The notes: generated by a model not told the origin, from the letters alone. DNA of 64,000 nucleotides from Octopus vulgaris (GCA_951406725.2 OX597817.1:19778001-19842000), one strand, 5' to 3'. Positions 12,999-27,719 are shown, counted from the first letter of the stretch. Program-made: numbers and translations.

Positions 12999-15900
12999 AT
13001 AGTAGGGAATATAAAATTCCAAGGCATCAGGGAAAAACAAACTCTCAATTTAGTAATCCTAAATCAAATTTGAAGATATATTATATATATATATACAATT
13101 AAGAGACAGAACCCCCACAAAGTAATTCAACCAATAATGAAAGATATTCTATACAATAAAATATAACTTAATTATATAGTAATTTTTAGTACAATAATAA
13201 TATATTTAAATTTATATTTTATTATCGATATCTTTCATTACTGGTTGAATTAATTCTCTCTCTAACTCACTCGCTCACTCTCTTCCTCTCTCTTTTTTCT
13301 ATCTCTCTCTCTGTATATATATATATATACACCATACCGCATGCGCTCGTTAAACCTATAATCATTGTTCATTTGAGTTTTTCTGACAGGCAGCTTCTGT
13401 GTGCCATTCAATCGATCTAATCCAGTCACCAGATGAGTCCAATTAGAGATTCAGTCTGGTTAAAAAGTTAAATTTTTGACTTCTCTGGTCCATTATCCGC
13501 GAAATGACTCAAGTTCGAATTGGAGAGGAAGAAAGGTGGAACAGAAAGTATAGTTCACCAGCAAGTTTGCTGAAAGATGAGTGAAAATTATGAAAATGCA
13601 GTATCGGAACGTCCCAAATCTTAGCTTGTGTCTACATACCTGGAATAGAGCTGGAGAAATGCATTAACCATTGGCAGTAAGAGTTGTAATGCATTTGTGA
13701 ATTCTCTTGTTTACCACAATATCGCTGTCGTAGCTTTCCGGTGCCGTGACGTTTCATTTACATTTGTTTTAAATATACATTTCATGTGTTTTCGGGAATA
13801 TTCAATTAAAAATGAAAATCGTCGATACCATTTTTTGTTCATATTTGTGTGTTGTATAAAATGACAACTTTATGAAAGAAACTAAAATATCATTGTTATT
13901 CTTTTTCGCTCACGATCTTTTAATTCTTTTTATATTGTAATTATTTTATGGTCAATGTTTTTTTGCTGTGACAATAATTTTCAAGGTACCTTATTGTCAT
14001 ATTCTTTCTAGTAATAAATCTTATCAACAAGAGATTGTTTTCATCCGAATAAAGGGTGTATATATGAACATTCTCACACAAGCTCGAATACCCTCGCAAA
14101 GCTCTATATATGTCTGTGTATGTACCATCAATACACAGGCACACACGCACGAACGCTCTGGCACATACACACACAACCTGCAGAAACTACTGCCATATTG
14201 AACGCATATTTGTATGCAGGTTTTTCTATGTTCATGTATGCTTTAACGTATTTCCTTATGACATCAACAATTATTGAATGAGTCATTGTATTGGCATATA
14301 TGTTTCTATATTCGCATAATCGCAAAACAACTATTTAATCACACACAAGCCCAACTACACAGATACACATGATATTTATGTATATTTAATTCCACCCATT
14401 ATATATGGGCTACTGATATGCAAAACTAATATTTCTAATCTGTCACATTACACTTTTCCAGTCAAATCTTAAATTATTTTCCATTCACAGGGAATAAAAA
14501 AAAATCAAATATATTCGATACAATATTTTTTTGTACGCTCTCATGCCAAGCAACGTGCTTTCCGAAATTCTTCATGATTTTGAAGCCAACTATTCTTTAC
14601 TGAGTTTTTCCTGTATTATTTTTTAATGGAAAGTCGCAAATCACGGTGAGCAATTATTCATGCCAAACATATATAAAATAATTTCTTTAGTTCTCTAAAT
14701 GTGCCAATGAAAAAGTGTTCTTTGGAAATATTTGAAAAGGAAAGATAAACTGCACATATATTTGACATATAATAATTTGTTATTGATTTATATCCCGTCG
14801 TTTCATATCAATATAGTATACAATACGGTTTGAAAAGATAAAATGTAAAAAAATAAAGGAAAAAAATATTTTCATTTAAGGTTTAAATTTTGAAGAAAAG
14901 CCAGAGAAGAAGATGAAATGTTTATTAAATTTATGTTAAATGAATAAAGAGAGTTATCTGGTAAGTGTGAATTTGTTTTGCGGGTAATACACGTGTGATA
15001 AATGCGAATATGTGAAACGAATATTAAAAAAATGGCTCGAAATTTATTCGCTAAAAGTTATATAACCTAAGAAATAAAAATTAACTGAACATCTTTGCAG
15101 GTGTTTCGCTCCTCGCTCTTCTTTATTAATGAAAATACAAAATAGAATTTTCCTTCAAATAAATATTTATACTTCGTCATGTCGTTGCTTCAGTTGAAAT
15201 AGTTTAAACCCATCTTAGTGTAGTTAACATGGCGATTTTTTTGCTTTTATTCCATCCTGGAATACACCACATTTACTGCAAATGTTCTAAAATAAGTATG
15301 TAGCTGATATCAAAATACAACAGGGGCAATCCAGTCATCAAAAATAAAGCGATCGCATTGACATACTTATTGTAAATTACAACGCAGTTATGTCAGCAGT
15401 ATTTAGCGTATTGACGTCCTTGTTATCTCTCTTTACAGCCAGGTCGATAGTGTAATTCATCCATCAAAATTGGAAAACTATGTATTATACACTAATATAT
15501 GAGAAGTAGGTTTCTGTACGTAACTTTGACTAACACTTTCGAAGTTATACGCAACTTATTTATGCGTGCGTGAATGTGCGACTCTGTGATAGTATGTATG
15601 TATGCATACCGACGCACACATGGGCATACAAAAAATATATACGTGGTATGCTTATTATGATGAAAGAAGTTTCATATCTCAATGAAAAGAGCACCAGATA
15701 TAATAAATATGATATGGAGATCTATATTTTATAAAGTTAAAGGCAACCTGTCAGTCCCTGTTACTCTTAATATGAAAGATACACACTTCGTGCTTTGTAC
15801 TTGTCATCAGTGAAGTATGACTGATATCTTCTGTGTTTCAGAAAAAAATCGATTTGTTTTTCGGTGAAAGGAGGTAGAGTTTAACTCTATTTGCATTTCA

Positions 15901-16047
15901 AGCGTTCTGGGAATACCTTGTCTTTCTATTTACTCCAGTAGTGGTATCGATCTTTCGTATATAAACCAAAAGGTATGAACCATTTCCTTATTTGACTATT
16001 TGACATATTGATTTGCATTGAATGTAGTTTTAATATTTCTTTCAAAA

Positions 16048-16262
16048 CAAGGCGGCGAGCTGGCAGAAACGTTAGCACGCCGGACAAAATGCTCAGCAGT
16101 ATTTCGCCTGTCATTGCGTTTTGTGTTCAAATTCCGTTTAGGTCGACTTTGCCTTTCATACTTTCGGTGTCGATAAATTAAGTACCAGTTCCTCACTGGG
16201 GTCGATCGAATCGACTAGCCCCATCCCGAAAACGTTTCTGGCCTTGTGCTTAGAGTAGAAAA
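16048..16262 (+). mobile_element. tRNA-derived SINE family 2 (MetaSINE-like central domain)
   Basis: aaggcggcgagctggcagaa...gttcaaattcc...ggtcgactttgcctttcat...gtcgataaattaagtaccag; many copies in the window. Confidence 0.85.
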
Positions 16263-16953
16263 AAGATCAACTGCAAGGTCTACACAGAGAAGGTCATGTT
16301 CATTTTGAGAATAGAACCCCAGTTGAAAAAACGGAATACAAATGAGATAAGAGAACAAAGGATTCAAATGAAAAGACGAATATGAAAAAATAGAGCAAAA
16401 GAAAAATATTTTAAGATGTTAAAATAAAATCTGCATTCGATTTGTGTGGCCTGGACTTATATGAATACAGCATACCAGGTTCAGTTAAGTCATCTCAACT
16501 GGCTGCCAGATGTACATTTACTCTTTGCTCGTTATTAGAATTTGACATACCGTCCTATCTCCGAATAGTTTCCGGGATCAGTTTGTTTTCATTTGTTCAA
16601 AGCAAACGATATTTTGTTGTGTTTTACATAATATACTTTTCTACAATTCTCCTGCTCAAAACATATTGTGGAACGTTTGTATTGAAAGTCAAATGTACCG
16701 CAAGATCTGTCTTAATTTTCATTTCTGAATATTTTCGTAGAATGACGTATAAAGCTAATATATTCTGGGGAAATCTTCCATTTGTAATGTTAATATTGCG
16801 CCTAAGCGTGGAGTGATTTAAAGAACCATGACTCCTGTTTGAAATTCTATTTGACAGAGTATGTCCAACGTATAGCATGGTTCTGTTATCAAATTGTAAT
16901 TTATGCACCTTAAATACACATCATTTATTATATTTAAAAAAAAATTAATTCTT

Positions 16954-17014
<61 letters not shown>

Positions 17015-17786
17015 TATATGGTACCCAAAATTAAAATGAGATGGTATCGCCTGGAATGGCTTTGGTAATATGTCTGAAAAACAAGCCTCATGAGCGAGAA
17101 TAACTATAAATATTTTCATAAATATATCTTCAACTTCTCTGTTTAATAAATTAAATCAAAATTGAATAGATTAAATTTAATTTTGATATTTATATCGGAA
17201 TATATTTCTTTATGATATGTAAGCAAAATTTTGCAATAGATATGTGATTAATTGATCACAATATCCACCATACATTTCATTTTAAAGTGACCCTGTATAT
17301 GTGTGAATATATATATATATAAATATATACCTGTACTTTTACTGCATTTAGTATTTTATACTTAGCAGAGGTTTTTTTAAAATTCTGATATGAAAATGTG
17401 TTATGCAATCAGCTACAATATTTATTTTTAACAAATTATTAACACTTTCAAATATTGTGCTCTTTTGTTTTGCTTCACATTTAGGATGATAATAAAATGA
17501 AGCAATATATTTAATTGAATGCTATATCGTAACATTCTCGTGAATTTTCATACAAATTTTTAATTGAGCTAATGGTATTTCGAACATAACACGTGGTATT
17601 GTACAATGATCTATGCATTTAACCTTGCTCCTATCTGTCCATATAGATGTAAATTAAAAGCACCCTCATGCGCACATGCGAGGCATACTTGCATACGTAT
17701 TTCCACGCGCACACAAACGCACACACAAACATATATGCGCGTGCGCATGTGTATCTATGTATATAAGCGTGTATATACATATACGC

Positions 17787-17819
<33 letters not shown>

Positions 17820-17860
17820 TGTATGTTTGTATATATATATATATATATTATATACATACA

Positions 17861-17868
17861 TCTATCTA

Positions 17869-17910
<42 letters not shown>

Positions 17911-18059
17911 TGACCATGTATATATATAAAACGCGAGAACTACCCAACCGATTGCATTCAAATTTTCCACATGCTTCACATAGGGTGCATTCCACGGCCA
18001 GGTCCTTCCGTTAATTGGATGAACTGTTAACCTCAGCGTTGAAACCAGCAGAGTGCCGC

Positions 18060-18061
<2 letters not shown>
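17861..18061 (+). mobile_element. Probable degenerate non-autonomous Helitron
   Basis: tctatctatata start, caaccgattgcattcaaattttccacatg resembling 30476-30503, 3' end gccgcta lacking the final G. Confidence 0.35.
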
Positions 18062-18155
<94 letters not shown>

Positions 18156-18759
18156 AAGATAACATCTAACGATCCATGTGCTGGAAGTTTGTAAGCATCG
18201 AGCAGTCCGTGGGATTGGTTTATTGACATAGTATGTTGTAAATTTCTCTTATATCAAAATTCGATAAGCTGAAAGGAGTTATTTTATATTACATGGTTAG
18301 TAATTGGGGTTGCTGTGTATGCGAGTAAAAAAATCCAGGATCTAGTTAAATTGATCCACAAATCCAGTCCTCTTTAATTTTACTCAGATTGCTTTCAATT
18401 TTTGCTTTCAACTCCGAATTTTGATTACGATTAGCCAATTACTATATCTCGTAAATTTAAGAATCTGATGTTAGTTGGGGAATTTTAGATAATTTTGCCC
18501 ACTCAACAGACATCGAGGCCTTAACAGCTTGTTAACACGACAACCGCATGTTATGTTATGTTGTGTTTCACGTCACCTGCGTCTGTGCTGCATGTGTGTG
18601 TGTGTGTGTGTGTGTGTGGGCGTGCGTATAATTACATGTGTATATGCGTGCATGTATGTGTGGGTGTTGCGTGTGAGGAGGTCTTTGTGCGTTCGTATGT
18701 ATGCGCCTGCGTGTATGTGTGCGTGTGTGTGCATGCGTATATGTATGTTTGTGTGTGTT

Positions 18760-19102
18760 TATTGGCAACGGAACAGCCTGCTCGTGAAATTAACGTGGAA
18801 GTGGCTGAGCACTCCACAGACACGTGTACCCTTAACGTAGTTCTCGGGGATATTCAGCGTGACACAGAGAGTGACAAGGCCAGCCCCTTGAAATACAGGT
18901 ACAACACAAACAGGAAGTAAGAGTGAAGGAAAGTTGTGGTGAAAGAGTACAGCAGGGATCACCACCACCCCCTGCCGGAGCCTCGTGGTGCTTTTAGGTG
19001 TTTTCGCTCAATAAACACTCACAACGCCCGGTCTGGGAATCGAAACCGCGATCCTATGACCGCGAGTCCGCTGCCCTAACCACTGGGCCATTGCGCCTCC
19101 AC
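18760..19102 (-). mobile_element. tRNA-derived SINE family 3
   Basis: Minus-strand head ggaggcgcaatggcccagtggttagggcagcggactcgcggtc...ggtttcgattccc with box A and box B. Confidence 0.85.
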
Positions 19103-19108
19103 TGTGTG

Positions 19109-19179
<71 letters not shown>

Positions 19180-19927
19180 CATCTTTATATATATATATAT
19201 ACATCTTTATATATATATATATATACATTTTTATATGTATATATATGTGTGTGTGTGTGTGTGTGTTTGTATGAATCCATGCGCATGGTCGTGAGTGTGT
19301 ATTTAGTTTCGTATCCACGCACAGTCACAATGAATGCGCATGTATCTGTACTCATAAAACATAGGAAATCACCCTGCTTTGCCTATTCAAGAGAACGAGA
19401 GAGAAAGAGAAAGAGAGAGAAAGAAAGAGAATATGAGAGAGCGTTAGTTAGAGTGAGAGTGATACTATATAAATAAATGATAATTATTTAGCCGGATGAT
19501 GTCACACTACTAAAAATGAAATTGAAATAGCAACAAGGATGCATAGAAATAAAACTGATATAAAAATATTGCCTCGGCTTGCAGTAAATTGGAAACAAAG
19601 CTGAAAATATTTTGACAATAAATAGCTGTTCCAATGATCATGAAGATAACAAAATGGAAAGCCAATTGTCACAAAAATAATAGTTACTAATTTCGGCACA
19701 AATGCAGTTGTATAATATTAATGCCTTATAATGTGGGCACAAAGGCAACGATATAATATCGATGCATTCTAAATTTGGCAGGAGGCCAGCAGTTTTGAGG
19801 TGAGATGATTAGTTGTATATACAAGTTACGGTACTTGATAGTAATTTGATTTTACCGAACTTGTAAGGCGAATAGTTTCGCTGAGGATGGCAGGATTTGA
19901 ACTCACAGCACAGAAATCATGAAACTG

Positions 19928-20121
19928 CCTGTGAGATAAGGTGTCTGTCAATCAGTTTCTGGGACAGATTGGTTACCCTGCTCGTTCCGGTTCTCCAACT
20001 GGAGATCCGGACCAAACTAGAGTTCGAGTAATTTAACTGCTACCTTTTTGCAGTGTCCCACGACGTGATTGGAGGCATACACCTTCCACTCTCGGTGCCG
20101 GGGTCACGCCCGTCGACTTTC
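19928..20121 (-). mobile_element. L1/Tx1-like RT fragment, duplicate of 21095-21290
   Basis: Shares tcagtttctgggacagattggttaccctgctcgttccggttctccaactggagatc with 21119-21174. Confidence 0.75.
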
Positions 20122-20239
20122 TGTTAAATTTCTGTTAAATATAGTGAAATATTAATCCGATTTTTTAACAATTCACGCTGTTCGTAATCTTAATAATATT
20201 TTTTTATAACTTTCCATGGAGGTCTACTGTGTTTTTATC

Positions 20240-20577
20240 CATTCGGGGTCTATAAATTAAGTACCAGTTGCGTACCGGGTTCATCTAATCGACTGGCCCC
20301 CCCTTCCTCAAGCGTTTCGGGCCTTTTGCTTATAGTAGAAAAGGATATATTTCTATAGCACAAGGCGGCGAGCTGGCAAAAATATTAGCATGCTGAACAA
20401 AATGTTCAGCGGTATTTTGTCTGTCTATACGTTCTGAATTCAAATTCCGCCAAGGTCGACTTTACCATTCATCCTATTAGGGTCGATAAATTGCGTACCA
20501 GATGCATAATGGAATCGATCTGATCGACTGGCCCCTGCACCAAAACATATCGGGTCTTGTGCCTTGAGTAGAAAGAA
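20240..20577 (+). mobile_element. Tandem SINE family 2 copies (partial 20240-20343; full 20360-20577)
   Basis: Same motifs as 16048-16262. Confidence 0.8.
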
Positions 20578-20616
20578 TATTTTCTATGACATATTCGTTT
20601 CTAAATTCTGCTGATG

Positions 20617-20634
20617 CTACAACTACTACTACTA

Positions 20635-20709
<75 letters not shown>

Positions 20710-20710
20710 T

Positions 20711-20748
<38 letters not shown>
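20617..20748. repeat. (CTA)n microsatellite
   Basis: Read directly. Confidence 0.95.
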
Positions 20749-20859
20749 GAGTCTCCCCGAGTATCATGTCACATTTGCCCGCCATACTATGGCACGCCAA
20801 ATTGGAATAATGAGCGACCGCAATCTTCGACTAACAGAATTGTAACAATATTCTAGTTT

Positions 20860-23300
20860 CCAGGCGCCCTGCCTCGGTCCGCGATTCATCCAGTACTGCA
20901 TGTCTGCATATGAGCTACCACGGCATGATCAGCCCTCCATTCAGCTCTATGTTAACAAACAAATAGAGCGCCTGAGCAGTGGACGCATCCCTTTCACAGA
21001 AAGAAGTGTATGCGTTTCAGTTTGGTCAGATGTAAACAGAAGTAAGGCGGTAATATATAACCGAGGTGATGTCTACATCGCTACCTCTACCCGGCCTGTG
21101 AGATCAGGTGTCAGCCAGTCAGTTTCTGGGACAGATTGGTTACCCTGCTCGTTCCGGTTCTCCAACTGGAGATCGGGGCCAAACTAAAGTTCGAGTAATT
21201 TAACTGCTGCCTTTGTCCAGAGTCCCACGACGTTATTGGACGGCATAGACCTGTCACTCTAGGTGCTGGATTCACGCCCATTGATTTTCTATTATCTTTT
21301 AATCCTGTCACCTCTTCGTATGCTTTAAGAACACTGCCGATCAAATTTATTTGCATGGTGTTCGACACTATCACGGTGACATCAACCGCATAAGCCGAGA
21401 CGGTTCTCTCTCGTCCTAGTTCACGCGGGATTCCTCTCAGCGCCTGTATTTTCCATAGTAGTGGTTCTGGAGCCAGTGCGCACAAAATTGACGAGAGCTG
21501 ACACCCTTAATAAACCGAACACGTGGTGCTGAATGGTTCTAATAAGTAACAATTCACCCGAACAACCGAGCGGATGGAATATATCTCGGTAATCCAGCTA
21601 CGGAAAATGTGACCGAAACCGGCAGCTGTGACAGCGGCCGCAAAGTATTGGTGGTCGTCCCGATAGAAGGCTTTTGATTAAGGGCCCCACACATGCTCCA
21701 CACTGTCTAGTGAAGTGGTGGTTTTTGTGGACAGATCTGCTTGGATAGCACGTGTTTGGCTATCACCAATCAGCTCCTTGACAACAGATGTCAACCTATT
21801 TGCTAACACCTTAGTCAAAATTTTGATACCTTGTTTCAGCAAGGTTATGAGTCTAACATTTTCTATTTCATCGTTCTTATTTGGATTTTTTGCTTAACAG
21901 TGCAAATGCTTCTCGACTCAGAGAAGCACAGTTCCCCTATTCTGCCGCTAGTTGAGGTAGATATCTGCTAAAATGTCACCAAACAAAACTGACATGTAAA
22001 GCATTGGGAAGACCACATACACCAAACGATTTTTACCCCCCACCCCTGAAACTCATCATCGCATCTCGTATTTTTCAGTCAATCTCGCTAAGAACTACGA
22101 GATGCCATCGAGGTAGGTACTGCAGTCCAACTATTTGGGACTGACATTCCATTCAATGAATTGAGCGAAATGCTACTAAAACGCGGCACACCTCTGCTCG
22201 GGCTCGAGTACCATACGCCAATTTTGGTCCACAAAAGACCGAATTGTAGCTTTGTTGCAACTTTGCACCTTTTCCACTCAGGCTCATCGAAGGGTTTCCG
22301 CTCCGAGGCTTTTTTGAGCACACCTATTAGCTTTGGCAACCATCCATTACGCTAGTAGCAGCAAACCAGGAGAATCTCGCTGGGTGCAAATCAGTCGCGA
22401 TACATTTCTTACACGTCTCTTTAAAGATTCTAAATACATTTCCCTCTATTCTATTTCCTTCTATCTTTAATGCCTTACTAAAAATAGATTCTAGTCTAAT
22501 TGCCATTTTCAGAACGAACCGACGTTTGTTTTTGAGGATTGCTTCCAATCAGTGACCACTTAACTAACTCTTTAATCGAGCCTCAATAATCTTGGCACGC
22601 CGGGAGTAACACGTTCAGCATCCTACACCCGGATCCCTGTCTACAAAACCTATCTAGGTCAACTAATCACATCATAAATTTGTGACCTGTTTAGCCGATA
22701 ATTTTGAGAAGTGGACAACTTAGATTAGTGTGTAGGCAAGTAGCTAAAGTTAACATACATTATTCACATATCTACTGGCCTATAGACTGCTCTATCTAGA
22801 TACGATCTACATACCCGATGTGATTCGTCCATGCACATTCGGCAAATCCAATATGTAACTGCGAGAGAGTTCAAAACGCTGAGCAGGTTTGCGAGGCTTT
22901 TACACCCGCACTTATTAACAGCTATTAACACTTATTAACTATCTTACGCGTATCCGAGATGGCGTTTCAGTCACCCACTAGCACTAAAGATCGAGACGTT
23001 TCCAGGAAAACTTCCAGGTATATGAAGAAATCTGGCCGTTCTGCTCCTTTCAGAACATAGACAGCCACTGATCTGAAAGCAAACTCGTCATTACTCCTCA
23101 GAACCAGGGCAACTGACTTACCCACCCGACTCCAGAATATAGCCCACAGCTCTGTGATATTTACCGCGGGAGAAATTTATATGGTCTTGACAAGGCCAAA
23201 GGAGGCCGACATGATGAGATCTGGTTATCCTGGGAGCATAACTGACGTTGATAATCAATCGCTAGCAATGTAGACATTGACGTTCTTATACGCACCACAA
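20860..23300 (-). mobile_element. Degenerate L1/Tx1-clade LINE ORF2 (APE endonuclease and RT)
   Basis: Minus-strand translations FLETSRSLVLVGD*NAISD (GDxN, about 22960-23010) and CALAPEPLLWK...VSAYAVDVTVIVS (YADD region, 21370-21485); many stops and frameshifts. Confidence 0.8.
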
Positions 23301-24800
23301 AAACATGAGAGTTTCCATCGTGGTAAATATCACAGTGTTGTGTGTTTTAACTAAACATCCACTTTTAAGTGGGGGTAAATTTTATCTTTTGGTATTAATA
23401 CTGTCTCTGCCACCTTAATTTTGTTTTTACTAAGCCCACTGGCTTTTAGCGGCACACAGCCTCAATTGGTCTCTATGATTCTATATATATATCATTGGCG
23501 AAGTAGTTACTGCTATTTCCAGCAACCAGGAATCTACAATTCACAAAGCGAAAGAAGATCGAAATCATGTGAACTGGTAGTCCAGGCAGCGGAAGTGGCA
23601 ATGATTGTTTGCCATTATCGATGTAAATAATGAAGTGCTTACACGCACGAAAAGATCGTACGAGAGTTTGGCTCGTGTAAAATATTGAAGAATTATGTGA
23701 CACGATAACCGCTTTTAACTAGTGATACGCACACGCATATATACACAGATTCAGATAAACGCAGAACACGCGCGTGCATATTTCATGCATTATTAGAATG
23801 CCAGTTTCTCGTGGGATTTGAAACGTAATTTTAGGAATGGACATCATGTCATACAAAAATACGTTTGCATTCATTTTAAAATGTTTATACTGATGTACTG
23901 GGAAATTTTACGTTTTTCTTTTCATATGGAGAACTGTGATATTGTATAAAGACACAACGACTTTTAGTTTCTTTTCACAATTTAAAATTTCGTAAGGATT
24001 CGAGATTTTTGATGACTCATTTTGTTTCATTCAATATTCACATAATGCCGAAAACATACGTTTGTATATATTTACATTATAAGAATTTAAATACTTCAGT
24101 TGTGTATATGTTTTACATGTTATATACTGAAGAAACATTGTTTCTTTTGTTCTCTGACGGTGTCTAGGAATAGAGAACGCATAACTCTTTCATGGACTTG
24201 CATAGATTTACGACACTGGATGCATTATTATCTTCTTTCTCGACATATCATAAACAGTAGTACTTATACGGTATATTCATCAATTTCTATTTTCTTTTAC
24301 GTCATTTAGAAGTTGAAAGAAATGTGTTTGTTTAGAAAGGAAGCCAAAAACGTTGGTGATGCCTATTCGTTGTTTTGCCTCATCCATTTTCATTGTAGTT
24401 GATACAAAATTCATACTACAATAATCGCTCTTATTTTTTTCCTGTTGCTAATGTTGCTAATGTTACAAATTTGTCCTCCTGCTCCTCCTCGTCATTGGCG
24501 CTGTCGTCGTCACCGTCGTCGTCGTCGTCGTCCTCCTCCATCCTCATCATCATCAATTTTATTCACCCCCTCTCCTTTCACCTCCGCACCTCTCCTTGTA
24601 CTACACCTCATCTTCTTATTTATATGCTTCTGCTACTGCCAATTCAACATTTACACATCCGTTGTATATGTTTTCGTTTTTGTTGCTGTCTACGAGAAAC
24701 TATTAATTTGGTTAAGGTTAATATTGAAGTATTAAATCAGTCAATTATTTTTGACAGTTCAAAGAATATGACGAAGCGGAATTTTAAGAAGATAAATGAA

Positions 24801-24851
<51 letters not shown>

Positions 24852-24874
24852 TATCATTATTATTATATTTATTA

Positions 24875-24909
<35 letters not shown>

Positions 24910-24962
24910 TTTTTTTTTTTTATTATTTTTTATTATTATTATTATCATTATTATTATTATTA
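24801..24962. repeat. (AAT)n followed by (ATT)n; the latter is the tail of the adjacent LINE
   Basis: Read directly. Confidence 0.9.
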
Positions 24963-26492
24963 TATTCAGTAGTGTTATTTTTATCACGTGCTTTCACTGC
25001 ACTACCGAGCGCAGCTCTCTGTGCCTTGAGTATGTGCTATGGTTTGTTGTAGTGTTCTTATTTACACTGTATTGAAAGTGTTTTATATAGGATGCGCTCG
25101 GTGCCAAGTAATACTATTTCCCGTATGCTATATACATTCGTAAGCCATGGTATTTCAGTTATATATTTGGCAGGAAATTGTATAATCATACCTAATGTGT
25201 CTGTTATTATAGGGATTGTTTCTGGTTTTGGGCTCCATATTCCGATTACCTCCCTTTCCATGTCTTTCTATTTTGAGATATTTTCCGTTTATTTTAGAGA
25301 TACATTTTCATCTATTGGTGCTGTTACATCGATTAGAAGGCATTCTTTTTCTTGGTGATCTGTGACAACTATATCCGGTCTATTAGTCTTGATTTCTCTA
25401 TATCTGTGTATAGTGGTATTTCCCAGAGTATGGTTGCTTTGTCATTTTCTGAGAACTTTTCTGAGTTATGCCTATACTATATTTTTTTCTGTTGTCACTT
25501 CATAGTGTTGGCATAGCTTCCAGTGTATTGGTTCCAGTATATTGGTTCCAAATCCGTCATGTCTGGGGATATATACCATCTTAGCCAGTACTGGGCAGTC
25601 AGAGACAATGATTTATTGTTTCTTCCTCATTACCACATATCCTGCAGTTACTTGTATTTCTCGTCATTATTGTTTCTGGTGATTTCTGATGAGGAGGCTT
25701 TGACCTTGTACTCAAATTTAAAATCTTTCAGTCTCTGCTTTGAGTCCTGATCTTTTCAGTCATTGTTGCGATCTAGGTTCGTCTATATCTTTTCTTTTTA
25801 CCTTGGCTATGTATGGGCTTTTCTTCCCATTATTTTATCATGATACTCTGTTGATCCACTTTTAGTTTGGATTTCAATTGTTGTATAGCTTTCGTTGCTT
25901 CCTATTTTACTTCATAGTTGTCAGGTACTTATTTCTTGTATTTTACCGCTCCCTTAAAGACAGAAAACAGTTTTTTTTGTTTTGCACATATTTTGCGGCT
26001 ATTTATACCATTCTCCTCACTTCTAATCCTATTGTGGTAATTTTGTAATAGCTTTCTAGTTGTATAAAGAATCTACCATTTCTAATACGTTGTATATATA
26101 ACTTTTCTATGTCAGAGTTTCGATGGTGCATCCTAAATTGCCATTATTCTTCTTTTTCTCCTGTCTAGTTTGATTACTCCATTTAGAGACCAATTAAAAT
26201 TATTGGAGATGTAACTTGTACCTGGGACGGCTACAGTGTTCATACCTATTATCTTACTTTTCGCATTGAGCTCTGATTTAAGTATTAATCTCACTCGTCT
26301 ATAGTATTCCTTCCTTCTCTTCACTTATATTTTTATGTTTTGTAACGTATCTATTTTAATAGTTCCCAAGTATGTGCATGTCTCGCTTTGGTCTAATTCT
26401 CTTATTTCATTTGCTTTATCTATTGTGATAATGTTACTCTTAACTAGTTTTCTACTTTTCAAGGGTAATTTGGCGCATTTTTCTTAGCCGAA
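24963..26492 (-). mobile_element. Degenerate R4/Dong-like LINE with restriction-like endonuclease; 3' part with (TAA)n tail
   Basis: KEYYRRVRLILKSELNAKSKIIGMNTVAVP...W...KLDRRKR (26133-26324) and PETIPII..TLGMI...IVLLGTERILYKTLS (25058-25261). Confidence 0.8.
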
Positions 26493-26724
26493 TTGTCCAA
26501 GAGAATGTTTTGGAAAACAAGAAAATTATAAGTTTGTTTCAAAATTTGTGATTACATATACAAAAGATTGTTGACTGTTTTGCCGTAAGAGATGTAGCCA
26601 CAGAGACCTCAAGTATCATTTGAATTCCTGCCATTTTGGCGTTTCCTGATATTTATTTGGCAGAATCGTTAGAGCGTAGGAAAACAAGAAAATTATAAGT
26701 TTGCTTCAAAATTTGTGATTACAT

Positions 26725-27097
26725 GGCGCAGGAGTGGCTGTGTGGTAAGTAGCTTGCTTACCAACCACATGGTTCCGGGTTCAGTCCCACTGCGTGGCAC
26801 CTTGGGCAAGTGTCTTCTACTATAGCCTCGGGTCGACCAAAGCCTTGTGAGTGGATTTGGTAGACAACAACTGAAAGAAGCCGTCGTATATATGTATATA
26901 TATACGTTATTTCTCCAGCTCTTTATGTTCTGTTTACAATTTCTGCCTGTGGTCCTTTAGCAATCAATAGACTGAAGTAATAGTCGAATATTGAAATCTA
27001 GACTTACAAAGAATAAGTCCTGGGGTCGATTTGATCGACTAAAGGCGGTGCTCCAGCATGGCCACAGTCACATGATTGAAACAAGTAAAAGAGTAAA
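26725..27097 (+). mobile_element. SINE family 1 with interrupted middle (5' half 26725-26900, 3' end 27001-27097)
   Basis: Matches 7000-7170 and 7303-7400; central part replaced by unrelated or SINE2-like sequence. Confidence 0.85.
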
Positions 27098-27719
27098 AAA
27101 GTACATAGTCAAAATTTCTTGTAGGATTATTGAAAATGTATCAATTATGTTTACATTTTTAGTTTCCTGATATTTATTTGCCAGAATCGTTAGAGCGTAG
27201 GAAGAAATATTTTGCGGTATTTGTTCCGGGTTTTTATACTCTGATTGCAAATCTCGCCGGATTAGCCTTTGAATTTCCCCTTTTTAAGAGTTGACAAAAT
27301 ACGAAGCTTAATAAATGTGGCGAGCTGAAGTACAGATTGGTTTTGTTATTGTTATTATTATTGTTATTATTATTGTTATTGTTATTGTATTATTAGTAGC
27401 AACAGCAGTAGTAGAAGTAGTAGTAGTAGTTGTAGTAGTAGTTGTCCTGGTGCCTATATTAGAAATCATTCTTATAGAAAAAGATATCGGACTTCACCGT
27501 CCAATTATTGAAAATGTATCAATTATGTTTACATTTTAGATTTTTTCTATTTTCAACGCATAGTTTTTCATGTAAAACGACTGCAGTTTGTTTTCAAATC
27601 CACCCCTTCAATGCCCCACATTCGTCACGTCTGTAGCAAAGGAAGTACAGATTGGTTTTGTTATTGTTATTATTTTTGTTATTGTTATTGTATTATTAGT
27701 AGCAACAGCAGTAGTAGAA

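Noticed and set aside
17017-17296. Possible Tc1-type MITE (gtgaccctgta right end)
   Set aside because: The left end matches only about 12 nt of AT-rich sequence
26512-27719. CRISPR-like repeat-spacer array
   Set aside because: Repeats differ from each other, occur only in pairs and are irregularly spaced; eukaryotic context
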